Shown here: positions 26,538 through 34,633 of the stretch, in pieces
How the letters are laid out: each line of letters starts with the position of its first letter
How positions within the stretch are numbered: position 1 is the stretch's first letter
From: Armatimonadota bacterium
GTDB taxonomy: Bacteria; Armatimonadota; Armatimonadia; Armatimonadales; Armatimonadaceae
DNA: 38,616 nucleotides
NCBI GenBank assembly: GCA_043754515.1
Contig: JAYUUO010000136.1
Location: forward strand, 1 to 38,616
Direction: 5' to 3'
Translations under genes and position numbers: made by a program
Notes under the pieces: generated by a model
Databases searched by the model: none
The model's input: only the letters and a program-made list of their open reading frames with translations
What the model was told of the DNA's origin: nothing

Positions 26538-27668
26538 ATGTTAGTACAAACCGACGCCACCGACCCGTCCCCCGAAGCCTTCCTCGACGCCCTCACCGGC
26601 ATCGAGATGGAATCCGCCTGGAACTCGATCATTGACGAATGGGATTCCGCCTCGGACGAGGAGATCATGTCGGCGCGGCACTTCATCGGCACCGTGCGCG
26701 ACCGGGTGGTCGAAGAGTTGCGGGACATCGCCGATCCGGTCGAGTTTCAGAGCACCGCGCTCCTCGCCTTCATCCGCCTCAAGGCGTTCTGGTTCGAGCT
26801 GAACAGCCGACTGGGTCACCATCTGGCGATGAATCCGCTCGACAAATCCCTGCCCCTTCGCGCCGGCCTGGTAGCCGCGCTACTCGGGACGATGGAGCCG
26901 TGTCTCTCGGCCCGCGCGGTCGAGAAGGTGGACGCCTTTCTGTCCGCCGTCGTCGCGGACGAGGTGAACGAGACGCCCTCAATGAGCGGTTACTTGATAC
27001 CCGGCCCGGCGGAAGTCCGTGGCAAAATCGGCAACCTACTTTCCACCATTGAGACGCTTTCTGAGTGCGTCGTGTCCCAGGAGGCGGAACTGATCGAGTT
27101 GCGCCTCGGGCAGGAATCGCTCCGCAAGGCGTTCGGGGAGGCGGTGTCGGAGACGGAGATAGCGGCCCGCTTCCGCAAAGCCAGTTCGTCGGTGATCGGC
27201 CTTGAGGCGCAGGCGCGGATGGAGGAGATCTACCGCGAAGTACTCGGCCAGGCTCTCGGCACGACGGACCCGCTCGAAGTCGTTAAAGAAGTGCGCGCCC
27301 TGCGCGAGGCCATCAAGTCGTTCGAGTCGCGGCACGACCAGATGCGGCTCGAAAACGAGCGGGTCAGTGCCCGCTTCGGCGACGACCTGTCCTCCGATTC
27401 CGCCCTCGACCAGTTGCGCGACGCGGAGCGTTCCAGTGCCGCCCTCCGCGTCGAAACCGAGTCACTACAGATGCGCCTCGCCGCCCAGGCCGACAGCGTC
27501 CGCAAGGCAACTACGCAACGTGACCACCTCTTGAGCCTGATCGGGGCACGCACCTTGGACGACGCGGAGGAGGCGGTGCGCACGCTCCACGAGAACGCCG
27601 CCGCTTACGGCGACATCGCGGAACTACTCGGTAGCGTCGGCAAAGAACTCGGCAAGATCAGCGTGTAG
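26538..27668 (+). CDS. hypothetical protein: N-terminal helical domain plus coiled-coil with internal repeat
   Basis: 376-aa ORF with host-like codon usage; heptad-rich C-terminal half with two related ~80-90 aa units. Confidence 0.8.
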   Translation: MLVQTDATDPSPEAFLDALTGIEMESAWNSIIDEWDSASDEEIMSARHFIGTVRDRVVEELRDIADPVEFQSTALLAFIRLKAFWFELNSRLGHHLAMNPLDKSLPLRAGLVAALLGTMEPCLSARAVEKVDAFLSAVVADEVNETPSMSGYLIPGPAEVRGKIGNLLSTIETLSECVVSQEAELIELRLGQESLRKAFGEAVSETEIAARFRKASSSVIGLEAQARMEEIYREVLGQALGTTDPLEVVKEVRALREAIKSFESRHDQMRLENERVSARFGDDLSSDSALDQLRDAERSSAALRVETESLQMRLAAQADSVRKATTQRDHLLSLIGARTLDDAEEAVRTLHENAAAYGDIAELLGSVGKELGKISV

Positions 27669-27745
27669 CATGGCGGGCACGCAGGAACCTGCCGCCCCCT
27701 TCTCGAACTGTAGCACACACCAACTGTTTGGAGGAATTGTTATCT

Positions 27746-28066
27746 ATGCCACAGATTACCGTGGACGGCGGGAAGTCGCTGGAAGCCCCCGTCGGCAAAA
27801 AACTGGTTCTCGCGCTCGAAGACGGTGGGGTTGATATCCTGCACCGTTGCGGCGGCATCGCCCGTTGCACCACCTGCCGCGTCGAAGTAGTTTCGGGCAT
27901 CGTATCGCCGATGGGGGTAGAGGAGCGCGAAGCGTTGGAGACCCCCGACATGATCGAAAAATATCGCCTGTCGTGCCAGATCCGCGTCGAGTCGGATATG
28001 AACATCAAAGTGTGGGGTCTCGCCTCCGACAAGGGAATGACCCCCGGTTCACGCCCGGAAGATTAG
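27746..28066 (+). CDS. 2Fe-2S ferredoxin
   Basis: 'HRCGGIARCTTC' and 'RLSCQI'; GGAGG SD before ATG 27746. Confidence 0.92.
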   Translation: MPQITVDGGKSLEAPVGKKLVLALEDGGVDILHRCGGIARCTTCRVEVVSGIVSPMGVEEREALETPDMIEKYRLSCQIRVESDMNIKVWGLASDKGMTPGSRPED

Positions 28067-28073
28067 GTCGCTA

Positions 28074-28118
28074 GCGGGCGAGGTTCGGGTGATGGATGGC
28101 CGCCCGAACCCCGCCCGC
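28074..28118. terminator. strong hairpin after the ferredoxin gene
   Basis: 18-bp stem GCGGGCGAGGTTCGGGTG / CGCCCGAACCCCGCCCGC (one mismatch, one G-U); no U-tract, so its function is uncertain. Confidence 0.5.
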
Positions 28119-28127
28119 GTTCTCACC

Positions 28128-30662
28128 ATGGTGGATGATAAAACCGGCGCGGTTCTTACGCGTTTGGAAGTACTGCGCGGTCTACGCGTTTCGACGCTTG
28201 ACGGCATGTATGCGACCGTTTGGGTCGCGCTGACTACCGGCGCGTTCCAGATCGGGTTTGCGCGGTACCTGGGCGCGAGCGACTTCGTACTGGGTTTGCT
28301 CGCGGGGCTTCCCGCCGCCGTCGGGCTACTGCAAATCCCGGCGGCTTTGTATTCGGACCGCCTCTCCAGCCGTCGCAACTTCGTCGCCTTCAGTGCCATC
28401 ACTGGTCGCTTGGTCTGGCTCCTGATCCTCGCCATCCCGTTCCTGCTCCCGGAGTCGGTCCGCGTCTGGGCGTTCGTAATCCTGCTCACGGTGTCGTCCG
28501 CGCTGTTGACCATCATCACCCCGGCATGGACCGCTTGGATGAGTGACCTGGTGCCGACGGACTTCCGGGGGCGATACTTCGGCCAGCGGAACATGGTCGC
28601 GGGCATCGTGACGGTGCTAATCCCGCTCCCGGCGGGCGCGTTCCTGGATCTCGTGGTCAAGTACCACCGCTTCGACGAGCGGATCGGGTTCGCCGCGCTG
28701 TTCGCGGTCGCCTGCGTCGCGGCGTTCGCGTCGTTCCTGATGCTCCTGCGCCAGCCCGAACAGCCGCGTGCCGCCCCGACCCCGGAGCGCGTGAACCCGT
28801 TCAAGGCGTTGTCCGCGCCGCTCGCCGACCCGAACTTCCGCGCCTTCATCACCTACTCCGCCGTTATCGTGATCTCGCAGACGCTGGCCGGCCAGTTCTT
28901 TATCGCGTGGCAACTGGATCGCGGCGCGCTGAACATGCCATACCTCACGGTGCAGATACTCGGTGCGGTCGCGAGCGCAGCGGGGCTGGCGACGACGCAG
29001 ATCTGGGGCTACCTATCCGACAAGTTCGGCTCGCGCCCGCTCCTGCAACTGGCGACGATGGCGACTGTTGTCGCGCCCGTGATGTGGTGCCTGACGGTCC
29101 GGGGCGCGTTCGCCTACAACGTCGGGATCATCATCGCACTCAACTTGGTCGCGGGCGTCGCCTGGGCGGGAGTGGGACTCGCACAGTTCAACCTACTCCT
29201 CGCGACGGCTCCTCCCGCCGCCCGCTCTACCTATGTCGCGGTGTTCTCGGCGATCACCGGCATCGTGGGTGGCGTCGCGCCCGTGCTGGGCGGGGTGGCC
29301 ATGGAACTACTGAAGCCGATCGTTTTCTCGGCGGGATTTCTGTCTCTCAATAACTACAAGATCCTGTTTTTAGTCACCGCGCTGATCCGGATCGGGTGTG
29401 TTTTCCTCCTGTCGCGGGTGTTCGAGCAGGATGGACGCTCGACGCGCTACGTTCTCGATCAGATCACGTCGGCACGCCCTCTCGCGTCTTTTTTGCGACT
29501 GCGTGAATTGTCTCGGCCGGCCGGCGAGGCGACGCGCGAGCACGCCATCGAGCAACTGGCGGAACTGCGCTCGCCGCTCGCGGTCGAGGAACTGGTCGTC
29601 GCCCTCGATGACGTTTCGCAGGCGGTAAGAGACGGCGCGGTCCGCGCCCTGGGCGAGATCGCCGACGCCCGCGCCATCCCCGCGCTCGCGGCCAAGCTGA
29701 CCGACCCGGTGGCCGGGGTCGCGTCGCTCGCCGCCGAGGCACTCGGGCGCATCGGCGACAGGCAGGCGACGCCCGCGCTGAACGCGGCGGCGTGCGGCGA
29801 GGACGCCGAAGTGCGTGTCGCCGCCCTGAAAGCGATCGCCCGGATCGGCGACCCGCTCTCCTTGCCGGTCGTCATCGGGGCGTTGGATTTGAGCCACCCG
29901 ACCGCGTGCGAGGCAGCCTGCGTCGCGGTGTCCGCGCTCGCCCCGAGACTATCGCCCGACGAAACGCGCGCCCTGGTTCGTGATTACCTGTTGCCGCTCC
30001 TCGCGCCGAAAATGCCGCGCGGTATCCGGTTCGCCGTCGCCCGCGCCCTGCGCGACGTCGCGGTCACGGGCGCGACCCCCGAAACGGCGGTATCGCTCCT
30101 ATCGCGGCTCGCCACGGAAGCCGACCCCGCCGTCGCGTCGCGCCTCGCGTTCGCGCTGTCCCGGTTCGGCGGCGTGGGCGCGGACACCGACATCGCCTCG
30201 CTCCATGAGACGCGCACGGTGGCTCTGCTCGCCGCGCTGGATCGCGCCGACATGACCGGGCTTGCGTATAAGCAGACACTCGCGGCGGTCGCCGAAATGG
30301 GATTGAGCGAAGGCGACTTTTATCCGTACCTGGGCCTGAACGAGATGGCGCGCGACGCCGCCGTGAATAAGATGGCCGATGAGATCCGCCGCCTGCTCCA
30401 CAAGATGGACGGCGATACCGATACGCCTTTCGTGAACGCGGCGGTGGAAGCCTACGTGGGCGGTAGCTACAACACGGCGGTTCAGGCGATGGCGCGGCTC
30501 GGCGCGTTACACACCGCGCCGGTCGGGGCCGCGCCGCGCCGCGCCGCTTCGGTGCTCGGTGCCATCGCGCATCGGCGCGGGCAGAGGGAGAGCGAGCCAC
30601 ATGTGGAGGAGTTTTTGCTGGCACTGTTGCTGGCGAAGACCGCGCTTAGCGCGGAGGTTTAG
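28128..30662 (+). CDS. MFS transporter fused to a HEAT-repeat C-terminal domain
   Basis: ~12 TM region with 'WMSDLVPTDFRGRYFG' and 'WGYLSDKFGSRP'; then HEAT_2-like repeats 'AVRALGEIAD.RAIPAL', 'AEALGRIGD..ATPAL', 'ALKAIARIGD'; start could be 28089, 28092 or 28128. Confidence 0.88.
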   Translation: MVDDKTGAVLTRLEVLRGLRVSTLDGMYATVWVALTTGAFQIGFARYLGASDFVLGLLAGLPAAVGLLQIPAALYSDRLSSRRNFVAFSAITGRLVWLLILAIPFLLPESVRVWAFVILLTVSSALLTIITPAWTAWMSDLVPTDFRGRYFGQRNMVAGIVTVLIPLPAGAFLDLVVKYHRFDERIGFAALFAVACVAAFASFLMLLRQPEQPRAAPTPERVNPFKALSAPLADPNFRAFITYSAVIVISQTLAGQFFIAWQLDRGALNMPYLTVQILGAVASAAGLATTQIWGYLSDKFGSRPLLQLATMATVVAPVMWCLTVRGAFAYNVGIIIALNLVAGVAWAGVGLAQFNLLLATAPPAARSTYVAVFSAITGIVGGVAPVLGGVAMELLKPIVFSAGFLSLNNYKILFLVTALIRIGCVFLLSRVFEQDGRSTRYVLDQITSARPLASFLRLRELSRPAGEATREHAIEQLAELRSPLAVEELVVALDDVSQAVRDGAVRALGEIADARAIPALAAKLTDPVAGVASLAAEALGRIGDRQATPALNAAACGEDAEVRVAALKAIARIGDPLSLPVVIGALDLSHPTACEAACVAVSALAPRLSPDETRALVRDYLLPLLAPKMPRGIRFAVARALRDVAVTGATPETAVSLLSRLATEADPAVASRLAFALSRFGGVGADTDIASLHETRTVALLAALDRADMTGLAYKQTLAAVAEMGLSEGDFYPYLGLNEMARDAAVNKMADEIRRLLHKMDGDTDTPFVNAAVEAYVGGSYNTAVQAMARLGALHTAPVGAAPRRAASVLGAIAHRRGQRESEPHVEEFLLALLLAKTALSAEV

Positions 30663-31822
30663 CCGTGCTGAGCGCGGCGTGGCCAGCCGTGCTGGTAGAC
30701 GCACAGGCCGCCGACATATGTCGAGTGGATCGTCAGGTCGTCCCCGACAAGCACAAAGTCCGCGTCGGCTCCCGGCGCGACCCGGCCCTTGTTCGGAAGA
30801 TTCAGGGCGTCCGCCGCGTTGGTCGCGGTAAGCCGCGCGAGGCTGTCCCAACCCCAACCAGTCCATTCGCGCACGTTCCGTGCCGCCTGTGCCATCGTCA
30901 GCACCGACCCGGCGAGCGTGCCGTCCGCGAGAACCGCCTTGCCGTCCTTGACGGTGACGGCACTCCCGCCCAGATCGTACAAGCCGTCGGGCGCGCCCGT
31001 GCCCGCCATGGCGTCCGTGATCAGGATCACGTCGCGATCCCCCTTTGCCGCGAGCGTGAGGCGGGCGATCTCCGGGGCGACATGGTGGCCGTCGGTGATC
31101 ATCTCGCACCGCACGCGCGGGTCCGAAAGCGCGACCCCGAGTACGCCGGGATTTCGGTGATGGAGCGGCGGCATAGCGTTAAAGAGATGGGTCGCGTGCG
31201 CGGTGCCGAGCGCGTTTAGCGCGACATACGTCTGTTCCGCCGTGGCGTCCGTGTGCCCGAACGACACCACGATCCCGCGTTCCTTGCAGAGTGCCGCGAG
31301 CGTCGTCGCGCCCGGTTCCTCGGGCGCGAGCGTGATCAGTCGGAGGGCGTTCCTGGAGACCGCGAGCCAGTTCGCGAACTCTTCCGCGTCGTACGGCCGC
31401 ACGAACTCGCGCGGCTGCGCCCCCGGTCGCTTCGCCGACAGGTACGGTCCTTCCAGATGGATGCCTAGCACCGAGGCTCCGTCGGGGCAAAACGTGTCCC
31501 CCGCTTCACAGGCCGCCGTTGCCGCCGCGAGCGCGTCGGTGATCCGGGCGCGGCTCTGCGTCATCGTGGTCAGGAGTAGCCCCGTAGTGCCGTGCTGGGC
31601 GTGCGTCCGGCAGATAGTTCGCAGGGCGTCGGGGGTCGCGTCCATCGTGTCGCATCCCCCGCCGCCGTGAATATGGATGTCAATAAACCCCGGCAGGAGC
31701 GTCAGGCCCGCGGACCCGGACGCGCCGCGATCAGTGATGCTCACGAACCGTCCCGCTTCGACGACCACCGAGCCTTGGATCACGCCCGTTTCGGTGACGA
31801 CCCGTATGCCGTCCATGATCAT
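30659..31822 (-). CDS. nagA: N-acetylglucosamine-6-phosphate deacetylase
   Basis: 'PGFIDIHIHG', 'GIHLEGPY', 'TLAPE', 'GHTDA', 'THLFNAM', 'DGHH', 'LITDAM', 'LAGS'; ATGA overlap with tatC. Confidence 0.95.
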   Translation of the reverse strand: MIMDGIRVVTETGVIQGSVVVEAGRFVSITDRGASGSAGLTLLPGFIDIHIHGGGGCDTMDATPDALRTICRTHAQHGTTGLLLTTMTQSRARITDALAAATAACEAGDTFCPDGASVLGIHLEGPYLSAKRPGAQPREFVRPYDAEEFANWLAVSRNALRLITLAPEEPGATTLAALCKERGIVVSFGHTDATAEQTYVALNALGTAHATHLFNAMPPLHHRNPGVLGVALSDPRVRCEMITDGHHVAPEIARLTLAAKGDRDVILITDAMAGTGAPDGLYDLGGSAVTVKDGKAVLADGTLAGSVLTMAQAARNVREWTGWGWDSLARLTATNAADALNLPNKGRVAPGADADFVLVGDDLTIHSTYVGGLCVYQHGWPRRAQHG

Positions 31823-32997
31823 TGCGCGGTTCCTGGAGCTGGGCTGTCCTGTGTCAGCGGGACGCCGGGAAACTCGGTCCGGCTCGGCGCGTCGGGGGAC
31901 GGTTCGGTGGGGCCATGGCTCGGCGCGGGCGACGGGAAGGGCTGCTTCGCCTTCATCTGCTCGATCTCGTCTTTCATCGCGGCGTTCTCTTTTTCTAGCA
32001 CGTCTGCCCGCTTCTCCAGCGCGTCCAACCGCGTTATTACTTCGCCGAATCGGGACTGCACTTCATCTAGAGACTTTTTGGTCTGTTTCTGCGACTCCTC
32101 GACCTGCTTTTGTACCTGCGCGGTACCGCGAGGTGGCATCGGGTGTGCCTCGAACGCATGTGTGTGCCACAGCCAGAAGGAAGCCGCCGCGAGGATCGCG
32201 AGCGGGGCGGACGACGCCCAGATGAGCGAGGAAATGGGCGCAGTCTCTCGGCCCTCCTTCGGCTCGTAGGCGCGTACCAGCCCGATGGACAGAATGTACA
32301 AGCCCGCCATCGGTATTGCCATCATCAGCATCGTGAGCGGATCGTTCGAGGGCGTGAGCACCATCGCGGCGAAGAAGATCCCCACGGTCGCCTGTCGCCA
32401 ATATTTGGTCATTAACCCGGCGTTGATGATGCCGATCCGGGCGAGGAACAGGAGCAGAACGGGTAACTCGAAGCCGATCCCGAACGCCAGCATGATCTTC
32501 GCGGTCAGCAAAATGTACGACTTCGGGTCCTGATACAGGACGACATCCGGGACCCCGGTCAGAAAACCCGCCATCCACCCGTAGCAGGCGGGCAACGCGG
32601 CATAGGCGGTGGCGGTACCCGCGAGGAAGAGGAGCACCGAGAATGGCGCGAGGAACTGTACGGGCTTGCGTTCCTCGGGGGTTAATGCCGGCTCGACAAA
32701 GCCCCACAACTCGAGCGTGATGAACGGGAACGCGACCGTGATCCCGGCGATAAACGCGATCTGCATCTTCAGCAGGAACCCGTCGGCGATGTTCGTGAAC
32801 ATCATTCGCGAGTCGAGGTGGGCGAGAATCGGTTGCAAGGGGTACGAGAAGAACGCGTAGATCGTGTCGAACAGGTTGTAGCACAGGGTCATGCCGACGA
32901 TCAGGTACAGCAGGGATCGGAAGATGCGGGTGCGTAGCTCGGCGAGGTGTTCGATGAGTTCCATCTGTGCGTCGGATGATCGGGAAAAAAAGGACAT
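31819..32997 (-). CDS. tatC: twin-arginine translocase subunit TatC with C-terminal extension
   Basis: 'MELIEHLAELRTRI', 'ELWGFVEPALTPEERK', 'FGIGFELP', 'LTPSNDPLTM..IPM..LY'; ATG 32997. Confidence 0.93.
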   Translation of the reverse strand: MSFFSRSSDAQMELIEHLAELRTRIFRSLLYLIVGMTLCYNLFDTIYAFFSYPLQPILAHLDSRMMFTNIADGFLLKMQIAFIAGITVAFPFITLELWGFVEPALTPEERKPVQFLAPFSVLLFLAGTATAYAALPACYGWMAGFLTGVPDVVLYQDPKSYILLTAKIMLAFGIGFELPVLLLFLARIGIINAGLMTKYWRQATVGIFFAAMVLTPSNDPLTMLMMAIPMAGLYILSIGLVRAYEPKEGRETAPISSLIWASSAPLAILAAASFWLWHTHAFEAHPMPPRGTAQVQKQVEESQKQTKKSLDEVQSRFGEVITRLDALEKRADVLEKENAAMKDEIEQMKAKQPFPSPAPSHGPTEPSPDAPSRTEFPGVPLTQDSPAPGTAQ

Positions 32998-33182
32998 GAT
33001 TGGAATGATTATACCGCGCGTCAGGGCGCGACTGAAGGGGCGTCTCCGGCGAGACATGCCCTCACCCGCTCGGGTCGCGCGGGCGAGATAAGCCGACGAC
33101 TGGGGTCTGGCACTCGCGGGCAAAGACTGCTAAGATAAGGGCTATTCATCCCCCCGGATTTAACGAGGAATTGCGACAAACC

Positions 33183-33539
33183 ATGCCAACCTACGGATAC
33201 CGCTGTACCGCCTGTGGAACCACGTTCGAGCGACTGCAAAAGATTACGGACCCGCCCATAACCGAGTGCGTCGAGTGCGGTGCCCCGGTAAAAAAAATAC
33301 TGTATCCGGTCGGAATCTCGTTCAAGGGGAGCGGCTTCTACGTCAACGACTACGCGTCCTCGGGCGAGTCGAGCAAGCGCAAGAACGACGAGGCCCCGCC
33401 CGCCGCGGCGGAGACGAAGACAGACGCGGGCGCGAAACCGGAGTCGGGCGCGAAGCCCGAGACGAAGCCGGACACCAAGACCGATTCCGCTCCGGCTCCC
33501 GCCACCCCGGCACCCGCCGCCGTGACTAAATCCGAGTGA
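33183..33539 (+). CDS. FmdB-family zinc-ribbon protein
   Basis: 'MPTYGYRCTACG..FE..CVECG..V.K..FKGSGFYVNDY' followed by a low-complexity tail. Confidence 0.9.
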   Translation: MPTYGYRCTACGTTFERLQKITDPPITECVECGAPVKKILYPVGISFKGSGFYVNDYASSGESSKRKNDEAPPAAAETKTDAGAKPESGAKPETKPDTKTDSAPAPATPAPAAVTKSE

Positions 33540-33543
33540 TCCG

Positions 33544-34017
33544 CTACCGCGCCCTCGCCCCGGCGAGTTCCTGCCCCGCCTCCTGACCGGCCGCATTCTC
33601 CCCGCCGGTTTCGTCTTCAGCCGGGGACCAAGAACGACGCGCCTCCCAGGTGCCGACGATTTCGCGGGCGCGGGCGCGGCGGCTCTCGCCGAGCATGATC
33701 TTCCAGTGGCCGGTCATCAGCCGCCCGTCCGACGACAGAGTCCCGACGTAATGCACCGGGAACACTCCCGGCGCGGGCGGCGAGTATATCTTCACGAAGC
33801 GGATGAAAGTGCCTTGCTGGACGCCGAGCGACACCTCCGCGGCTTCACCCCCCCCCTCGTCATCGAGAATGGTGCCGCCGAAACGCTCGCCGCCCCCTTC
33901 GCCGCCGTTCGACCGGGCGAACGTCGCCTCAAACCGAACCGGCATGCGGACGCGGCTCTCGTAGTAGTACGCGCCGAGCCATCCTCCGGCGACGCTGGGT
34001 GAAAAGTCGTTGCTCAT
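33544..34017 (-). CDS. hypothetical protein (beta-rich, Gly/Trp motifs)
   Basis: SD GGAG before ATG 34017; 'GGWLGAYYY', 'YVGTLSSDG..MTGHW', 'GTWEARR'. Confidence 0.75.
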   Translation of the reverse strand: MSNDFSPSVAGGWLGAYYYESRVRMPVRFEATFARSNGGEGGGERFGGTILDDEGGGEAAEVSLGVQQGTFIRFVKIYSPPAPGVFPVHYVGTLSSDGRLMTGHWKIMLGESRRARAREIVGTWEARRSWSPAEDETGGENAAGQEAGQELAGARAR

Positions 34018-34115
34018 AATTCTACTCCGTACACTGACCCCGTGAATATCCGGCAGGAAATGTACTCCCGCCCCCCTAAAGGGTACGGCGACCAACCCCC
34101 GCGAGGAGAACCGAC

Positions 34116-34619
34116 ATGCCGACCGAAACCGTGTATTGCGCCCGCCACCCGAAGACACTGACCGCGCTGAGTTGCGCCCGGTGTGGCACCCCGATTTGCC
34201 CCGACTGCTTCATACCCGGTCCCGTCGGCATGATGTGCAAAAACTGCGCGGATCTCGGCTCCTCGCCCCTGTTTCAGGTGCGCCCCGAGCGGTTCGCGCT
34301 CGCCGTCGTCGCCGGGATCGCGTCCGGTGCCATCGCGGGCGTTCTGCTCCAGCGCATCGGCTTTTACATCTTCTTCACCGCGCCGATCATCGGCGGCATC
34401 CTCGGCGAGATCGTGTTGCGCGCGGTCGGGTACAAGCGCGGCGTCAAGGTCGCGTGGATCACCGGCGTCAGTATCGTCGTCGGCGCGGCACTCTCCCTCT
34501 TGATTACCGGCACGCACTGGCTGTTCGCACCGGGCCTTTTTGCCACCGGCTCGCTGGTTATGTTCGCGGTGTCCGTCGGCCTAGTCGTCGCCGCCGCGCT
34601 CGGCAAGATCCGCTGGTAG
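34116..34619 (+). CDS. membrane protein with N-terminal B-box-like zinc finger
   Basis: 'CARHP..CARCGTPICPDC..PVGMMCKNC' then about 4 TM segments; SD GAGGAG. Confidence 0.85.
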   Translation: MPTETVYCARHPKTLTALSCARCGTPICPDCFIPGPVGMMCKNCADLGSSPLFQVRPERFALAVVAGIASGAIAGVLLQRIGFYIFFTAPIIGGILGEIVLRAVGYKRGVKVAWITGVSIVVGAALSLLITGTHWLFAPGLFATGSLVMFAVSVGLVVAAALGKIRW

Positions 34620-34633
34620 GCGGCTCGACAATA

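Noticed and set aside
32998..33123. Arg-rich N-terminal extension of TatC
   Set aside because: Contains the likely -10 box and divergent promoter region; TatC homology begins after ATG 32997
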